Source: Candidatus Woesebacteria bacterium RIFCSPHIGHO2_01_FULL_39_32 (GTDB taxonomy: Bacteria; Patescibacteriota; Microgenomatia; UBA8517). From it: 64,000 nt of DNA. The notes below the pieces were generated by a model. It was not told where the DNA came from. It was given only the letters and a program-made list of their open reading frames with translations, and ran no database searches. Each line of letters starts with the position of its first letter. Within the stretch, counting starts at the first letter, position 1. Of the stretch, positions 58,961 to 64,000 are shown piece by piece. Where the stretch lies: positions 292,688 through 356,687 of the forward strand of contig MGGJ01000001.1 in the NCBI GenBank assembly GCA_001792345.1, in the 5' to 3' direction. The position numbers were made by a program, and so were the translations under genes.

Positions 58961-59236
58961 ATGAAGAAAAATTGGTCGGGAGAAGTTACGAAACATTCAA
59001 TTGCACTTGATTTGGAAGAAGGAGTTTTTACTTGGAAAGATTCCAAGAAAATAGCGATTTCCCTTAAAAATTCTGCTGAAGATAGTATTAGAAAGAAAGC
59101 AAAAACTCCATATCAGTCGGCCATGAGTATGCTTAATTTTTATATAAACCGCGCAGGAAAAAAGCTAGAACCAAAACAAAAAAGGGTTTTAACTATTGCA
59201 AAAGTTGAGCTTCGAAAAATTTTTGGAAAATTGTAA
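58961..59236 (+). CDS. DUF3175-like small protein
   Basis: SAEDSIRKKAKTPYQSAMSMLNFYINRAGKKL resembles the DUF3175 core. Confidence 0.5.
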   Translation: MKKNWSGEVTKHSIALDLEEGVFTWKDSKKIAISLKNSAEDSIRKKAKTPYQSAMSMLNFYINRAGKKLEPKQKRVLTIAKVELRKIFGKL

Positions 59237-59251
59237 TATAATTGCGTTATA

Positions 59252-59491
59252 ATGCGGGGAAATAGAACGTTTCGCTATTTTTCTGCCCACATTCTAAATC
59301 TGCCTCATCTTTCTTCAAAAGAAAAAGATGTATTGATACGCAGGCTAAAAACTATAACACTAGAAAATATTGGAAAAAAGTACCAAGTTACAGAAGGTAG
59401 GATCCGTCAAATTGAACGAGAAGCACTCAGAAAAGTAAAGAGCAAATCATATCAACAAAGACTATTCAAGGATAAAAGCGGTAACAATTAA
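59252..59491 (+). CDS. stand-alone sigma-70 region-4-like HTH protein
   Basis: LENIGKKYQVTEGRIRQIEREALRKV matches the sigma region 4 recognition helix. Confidence 0.5.
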   Translation: MRGNRTFRYFSAHILNLPHLSSKEKDVLIRRLKTITLENIGKKYQVTEGRIRQIEREALRKVKSKSYQQRLFKDKSGNN

Positions 59492-59871
59492 TGTTCTAGT
59501 TTTTCTGCTTCTTCGGCTTCTTTTTTAGTCGGATGAACTGTTCCTTCAGGATGATTCGGAGGTGAATAAATTGTATAAAGTTTCAATTCTTCTTTCTCCG
59601 AAGAATTTATAATATTATGCTCGCTACCGGCGGGAATAATAACTACGTCGTCTTGATGAACATTAAGTTCCTGTCCGTCAATTAGAACTTTACCCTCACC
59701 TTGTTCAAATCTGAAAAATTGGTCAACCTTTGGGTGAACCTCAAGGCCGATTTCTTCCCTAGGCTTTAAACTCATAACAACCAGCTGACAATATTTTGCA
59801 GTAAAGAGAACCTTCCTGAAGTTTGTATTTGACAGCGACAGCTTTTCAATATTTGCATGGTATCCTTTCAT
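59488..59871 (-). CDS. cupin-domain protein
   Basis: G.E.H.H......F...G + ...GQELNVHQDDVVIIPAGSEHNIIN. Confidence 0.7.
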   Translation of the reverse strand: MKGYHANIEKLSLSNTNFRKVLFTAKYCQLVVMSLKPREEIGLEVHPKVDQFFRFEQGEGKVLIDGQELNVHQDDVVIIPAGSEHNIINSSEKEELKLYTIYSPPNHPEGTVHPTKKEAEEAEKLEH

Positions 59872-59915
59872 TTTTTATCACCCCCACTACTCTGTATAAT
59901 AATATATTAGACTTT

Positions 59916-60437
59916 ATGAAAAGGTTATATATAATTACCTTTTGTTTAGGAATATTATTCGGTTACCAAGGAATGCGAGCGATTCGATTAAAGGTAACGG
60001 TAAAAGGTGACGTTCTTTCACAAAGTTTAGAGGCAACTATTACTCCTACTCCAACACTTTCCCCAACACCTACGACAAGTCCGACGCTGACATTAACGCC
60101 TACGCAGATAACTCCTACACTCAAACAAACACTGATTGTTATAGCACCAAACGACTTGGAACCTTTATTTAGGCAATATTCTACAACTTATAACGTCGAC
60201 GAATACAGGCTTAAAAAGATTGCTTATTGCGAGTCTCATTTTAATACGGGAGTATATAAAGACCCTTACGCGGGGATGTATCAATTTAGTGAAAACACAT
60301 GGTCTAAGTATCGCAATATGATGGGAAAAGATCCTAATTCCGATCTTCGCTTCGGAGCAAGAGAATCGATAGAAACAGCGGCTTTCGTTATTTCTCTAGG
60401 ACAAGATGCTATTTGGCCTTCGTGTACTGAGTTTTGA
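59916..60437 (+). CDS. secreted transglycosylase-like (Rpf/SLT-like) protein with Thr/Pro-rich linker
   Basis: Signal peptide, TPTPTLSPTPTTSPTLTLTPT linker, IAYCESHFNTGVYKDPYAGMYQFSENTWSKY. Confidence 0.65.
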   Translation: MKRLYIITFCLGILFGYQGMRAIRLKVTVKGDVLSQSLEATITPTPTLSPTPTTSPTLTLTPTQITPTLKQTLIVIAPNDLEPLFRQYSTTYNVDEYRLKKIAYCESHFNTGVYKDPYAGMYQFSENTWSKYRNMMGKDPNSDLRFGARESIETAAFVISLGQDAIWPSCTEF

Positions 60438-60678
60438 GGGTTGATTGGTTTTTCCCTTTAAATCTTTCGGAATAGTAAGAAAAAGGTTTTTGTTGCAAGC
60501 GTGCTCTCGCTTCCTTCTCTTTAGCCAATTGTAACTCTAATCCTTTCTGGCACACAGAATCCGTACAAGACATTTGAGTTGTGGTAACCATAGAATTTCC
60601 TACTAATTCTTTTGTTACTTTAATTACAATTAGCTGCCTACCGCATCTTGCACACAAATCTAGTGATTTTTTCGTCAA
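60409..60678 (-). CDS. possible small zinc-ribbon protein (CxxC...CxxxxC), start uncertain (TTG at 60678 or an upstream ATG overlapping the RRM gene)
   Basis: ORF 60409-60777 overlaps the RRM gene by 98 nt; an in-frame TTG at 60678-60676 removes the overlap. Confidence 0.3.
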   Translation of the reverse strand: MTKKSLDLCARCGRQLIVIKVTKELVGNSMVTTTQMSCTDSVCQKGLELQLAKEKEARARLQQKPFSYYSERFKGKNQSTLKTQYTKAK

Positions 60679-60679
60679 A

Positions 60680-61009
60680 TTAATATCCTTTTCTGCCTCT
60701 ACCTTTTCCTCTACCTGCATCAAATGATCTGCCCCGGTCGAAGTTTCTTGGACTTCTTTCCTCCATTGGTCTGGCAACGTTTACAATTATTTTTCTTCCG
60801 CCGATTTCAGTACCATTGAGTTTTTCAATAGCTTTATCGGCTTCTGAGTCATCATCCATATCTACAAACCCAAATCCTTTACTCTGACCTGAGTACTTGT
60901 CGGTTATAATATTACAAGAAGTAACTTTACCGTTTTGCGCGAAAATTTCCTCCAATTGTGTATTAGTTACACTGTAAGGGAGTCCTCCTACAAATAATCT
61001 TTTAGACAC
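60680..61009 (-). CDS. RRM-type RNA-binding protein with RGG tail
   Basis: RNP-2 LFVGGL, RNP-1 KGFGFVDM, C-terminal RGR/GRG repeats. Confidence 0.9.
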   Translation of the reverse strand: MSKRLFVGGLPYSVTNTQLEEIFAQNGKVTSCNIITDKYSGQSKGFGFVDMDDDSEADKAIEKLNGTEIGGRKIIVNVARPMEERSPRNFDRGRSFDAGRGKGRGRKGY

Positions 61010-61219
61010 TTTTTATCACCGTCCTCATATTTACAAAACTCTAATTTTATTAGGTGATAAAATGCGCTTGAAGAAAGCTTTTTTTATCGAACTATGAAAA
61101 ACTGAGTGTAAATTATACTTTTTAAAAGTATGACCAAGTATAACACAAATAACAAAGTTTAGACAGAGACGGGTTAATTTGACTGGATACTCGTAAGATG
61201 TATACTAAATTAAGTATCG

Positions 61220-61810
61220 GTGCAAAAAATGACACGACCCTTATCTGTCTTACTTTTTTCAATACCTCTTATTATTTTAATTTTGTTTGTTGTGCAAGTT
61301 GTACTTATTAAGTCTAGTAAAAATTCATACTATATTATTGAGCCCAGTCCTTCTATCGGCAGGAGTCAGGAAGTAAGTGATTTTGAATCTTGTGCATCCT
61401 CCGGATATCCTGTTTTGGAATCATATCCCAGAAGATGTATCGCAAATGGCAATTCTTTCGTAGAAGAAATTGGGAACGAAATTGAAAAAATGGATTTAAT
61501 AATAGTTGACGATCCTCGTCCGAAGCAAGAAATATCAAGTCCTCTAAAACTAACAGGTCAAGCACGGGGAAATTGGTATTTTGAAGCTAGTTTTCCTGTG
61601 TATTTGTATGATGAAGAAGGAAATGAAATTGGAACAGCTATAGCCCAAGCTCAAAGTGACTGGATGACAGAAGAGTTTGTACCTTTTTCGGTAAACTTAG
61701 AATTCGATAAACCAGAAACGCTACAAGGGGAGTTGGTTTTACAGAAGGCAAATCCTTCCGGTTTATCTGAAAACGAAGACTCTCTTACTATTCCGGTACG
61801 GTTCAAATAA
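61220..61810 (+). CDS. membrane-anchored Gmad2 Ig-like domain protein
   Basis: N-terminal TM helix; C-terminal ...LKLTGQARGNWYFEASFPVYLYDEEGNEIG... typical of Gmad2. Confidence 0.5.
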   Translation: MQKMTRPLSVLLFSIPLIILILFVVQVVLIKSSKNSYYIIEPSPSIGRSQEVSDFESCASSGYPVLESYPRRCIANGNSFVEEIGNEIEKMDLIIVDDPRPKQEISSPLKLTGQARGNWYFEASFPVYLYDEEGNEIGTAIAQAQSDWMTEEFVPFSVNLEFDKPETLQGELVLQKANPSGLSENEDSLTIPVRFK

Positions 61811-61819
61811 CTTCAGGAA

Positions 61820-62881
61820 ATGGCTCGCCTAACATACGAAGAATTGATCAAAAAGCATCTAAAAATACTCAGAAGCTTGAAAACTAAGTCTGGCCTTTTT
61901 TTGGCTTCCAAAAGTGGAATTTCAACAGGATATGACAAAAGCTGGTTGAGAGATAATTTTTACGAGACAATCGCTTTTGAAGTTATGGGTGATTGGGATA
62001 CAGTAGAAAAAACTTACAGGTCAATATTGGAAATATTTCTTAAATACGAAGAAAAAATTGACTGGGCTATCAGAGAAAAACCAAAGGAGTCCTACAAAAG
62101 AATACACGCGCGATTTCACCCGGAAACATTTGAAGAATTTTGGGAAGAATGGGGAAATAAGCAAAATGATGCGATAGGATGCATTTTATTCAGATTGGGG
62201 GAGTTGGAAATAAATCAAAAACGCTCAGTAATAAATACGCCCGACAAAACCCGAATTGTAAATAAGCTCGTCAGATACCTTGATGCAATAGAATATTGGC
62301 ATGATGCCGACTCAGGAATTTGGGAGATTGAAGAAGAAGTTCACGCATCTTCGATAGGAGCCTGTATCGCGGGGTTGAAATCCGTTGCAAGACTGCCCCA
62401 CATAGAAGTTTCATTAGGATTGATAAAAAGGGGGGAGCATGCACTTCATAATCTTCTTCCGAGGGAATCCGAGAAAAAATTTGTTGATCTCTCTCTTTTA
62501 TCGTTAATTTGGCCGTATGACATTGTGCAAAAAGAGGAGGGAGATGCAATTCTTGATAACGTAGAATATCATTTATTAAGGGATAGGGGCGTCATCAGGT
62601 TTAAAGGAGATTATTATTACAATAAAAATGAAGACCAGAAAAGTGAAGAGGCTGAATGGACTTTTGGACTTTCCTGGCTTGCAATAATTTATCAAAATCT
62701 GAGAAATGAAGAGAAAGCGATTGAGCTAATTAAGAATTTGATAACAATAGATACTTCCGAGGGAATGCCAGAGCTCTACTTTTCAAACTCTCCCGAATAT
62801 AATGAAAATACTCCACTCGGTTGGAGCGAGTCTTTATTTATAGTTGCTTTATATGAAATGAATGAAAGACTTGAGCATTGA
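61820..62881 (+). CDS. glycoside hydrolase family 15-like (glucoamylase/glucodextranase alpha-alpha toroid) protein
   Basis: WLRDN..., DADSGIWEIEEE, GWSESLF motifs resemble the GH15 catalytic core. Confidence 0.55.
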   Translation: MARLTYEELIKKHLKILRSLKTKSGLFLASKSGISTGYDKSWLRDNFYETIAFEVMGDWDTVEKTYRSILEIFLKYEEKIDWAIREKPKESYKRIHARFHPETFEEFWEEWGNKQNDAIGCILFRLGELEINQKRSVINTPDKTRIVNKLVRYLDAIEYWHDADSGIWEIEEEVHASSIGACIAGLKSVARLPHIEVSLGLIKRGEHALHNLLPRESEKKFVDLSLLSLIWPYDIVQKEEGDAILDNVEYHLLRDRGVIRFKGDYYYNKNEDQKSEEAEWTFGLSWLAIIYQNLRNEEKAIELIKNLITIDTSEGMPELYFSNSPEYNENTPLGWSESLFIVALYEMNERLEH

Positions 62882-63423
62882 GCCTAATGAAAAAGAGAGT
62901 ATTCATTGGAATTCCGGCTTCTAGTTTATTAAAAAAAGAAATTCTAAACTGGCAAAAATTTTATCTTAATGGTTACAGAGTAAGAAGGATAGAGCCTCAA
63001 AATCTTCATATAACTTTAATTCCTCCGTGGTATGAGCAAAACTTAGATGATGTAATAAAAAAACTTGTTTCTTTTAAAAAGTTAGCAAAGCCTTTCCCAA
63101 TACTTTTTTCTAAAGTCGAGTTAGGACCTAAAGGCCAAAAAAAAAGACTTGTTTGGTTACACTCCGAAACTCCGAGACAACTTACCAATTTGCAGGTAGA
63201 ATTGTATGATGTTTTTAAATATAAATTTAAATATAAACAGGAAAGACAATTTATTACACACTTAACCATAATGCGCTGGAATCCTAAAAAGATGAAGGTA
63301 AATAAACAACATTTTCCCGAAATTTCTTGGAAAATGGCTGTTGATCGAATATGCCTATATGAATCTAAACTTACCCCAAAGGGAGCACAATATGATATTT
63401 TAAGTGAGCATAAACTTAAATAA
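62878..63423 (+). CDS. 2H phosphoesterase (LigT/ThpR-like RNA 2',3'-cyclic phosphodiesterase)
   Basis: Two HxT motifs: HITLIPPW and THLTIMRW. Confidence 0.8.
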   Translation: MSLMKKRVFIGIPASSLLKKEILNWQKFYLNGYRVRRIEPQNLHITLIPPWYEQNLDDVIKKLVSFKKLAKPFPILFSKVELGPKGQKKRLVWLHSETPRQLTNLQVELYDVFKYKFKYKQERQFITHLTIMRWNPKKMKVNKQHFPEISWKMAVDRICLYESKLTPKGAQYDILSEHKLK

Positions 63424-63473
63424 TACCCATTGTAGAAAATTTAGTTGAAGATATACTTAAAATCTAAGTATAT

Positions 63474-63728
63474 ATGGAAATTCAAGTAAGAAAGCGAGAC
63501 GGAAACTTAGAACCTTGGAGTTATGATAAATTGGTAGCTGCGATTGGCAAGGCGGGAATTCCCGTCCAAGAGGCAGAAGAAATTGCTAGTAGTGTTCAAT
63601 CTTGGGCGCAACAGTCGGCTGTAGACGGTAATATTGATTCTACACAAATCCGCGACAAAGTTATTGAAGCACTAAAATCACAATTTCCTTCCGAATCAAG
63701 AAACTTTGAAACTTACAAAAAGGAGTAA
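63474..63728 (+). CDS. ATP-cone domain protein
   Basis: MEIQVRKRDGNLEPWSYDKLVAAIGKAG resembles the NrdR/RNR ATP-cone. Confidence 0.6.
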   Translation: MEIQVRKRDGNLEPWSYDKLVAAIGKAGIPVQEAEEIASSVQSWAQQSAVDGNIDSTQIRDKVIEALKSQFPSESRNFETYKKE

Positions 63729-64000
63729 TTAGTGTAAGAGCGATTTGACTTTTTCTACAATCTGATCAAGATTAGTATTTGCTTTAATAATATAGTCCAC
63801 AGCTCCCAAATTCAGCGCTTCATCCTTTTCTGTATCAAGATTTGTCAGTACTACGACTGGAATATTTTTTAGAGCTTCATCTTCTTTAAGGTTTTTAAGA
63901 AGTTCAAACCCATTCATTTTTCCGGGAAGCATTATATCCAAAAGTATTAAATCGGGCTTCTCTTTTTTTAGTTCAGTAAGCCCTTGGGTAGCATCAACAG
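63729..64000 (-). CDS. response-regulator receiver domain protein (C-terminal part; gene continues beyond the window)
   Basis: …PDLILLDIMLPGKMNGFELLK...IPVVVLT...GAVDYIIK pattern read on the reverse strand to the window edge. Confidence 0.8.
   Translation of the reverse strand, partial: VDATQGLTELKKEKPDLILLDIMLPGKMNGFELLKNLKEDEALKNIPVVVLTNLDTEKDEALNLGAVDYIIKANTNLDQIVEKVKSLLH

Noticed and set aside
60409-60777. Full-length 122-aa version of the zinc-ribbon ORF
   Set aside because: Its first 33 codons overlap the well-supported RRM gene in another frame; a shorter version with a TTG start at 60678 is more plausible, and even that is low confidence.
1-64000. CRISPR arrays, transposases, integrases, rRNA genes
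   Set aside because: No regularly spaced direct repeats of 25-40 bp, no DDE/tyrosine-recombinase-like ORFs, and no rRNA-like GC-rich long non-coding stretches were seen.

Overview
AT-rich, gene-dense bacterial window whose content looks like Candidate Phyla Radiation / Patescibacteria (compact genes, small ribosomal-protein operon, many membrane and glycosyltransferase genes). Identifiable core genes: typA, ileS, ftsW/rodA-family, rplU, rpmA, parB, lepB, an ITPase (rdgB-like), a Crp/Fnr regulator, PolX, lemA-htpX, a gatC-gatA fusion followed by gatB, an MFS transporter, a GGDEF protein, dnaE, rplS, yraN and a LigT-like 2H phosphoesterase. Four tRNAs are read directly from the sequence: Val-CAC, Thr-CGT, Gly-CCC and Asp-GTC, all on the minus strand. 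The dominant accessory content is a roughly 17 kb cell-envelope glycan locus (21.5-38.3 kb) with Wzx flippase, Wzy/O-antigen-ligase-like protein, GT2/GT4 glycosyltransferases, a GT2 fused to a GT-C-like membrane domain, three SAM-methyltransferases, DUF2207 and two large GT-C-like membrane proteins. Other points of interest: a gatC-gatA gene fusion; an IMPDH/GMPR-fold protein with an altered catalytic loop and N-terminal extension; GC-rich strongly structured non-coding elements in an otherwise AT-rich background (15.2 kb, 16.45 kb, 42.4 kb); a 20-bp duplicate of the tRNA-Asp 3' end; a short motif recurring next to tRNAs; a 575-bp gene-free convergent gap; an exact palindrome in the Crp-family regulator promoter; and a perfect (GGACAAA)x4 repeat inside ileS. 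No CRISPR array, transposase, integrase or rRNA was seen. All functional calls come from motif and fold recognition by eye; none has been checked against databases.
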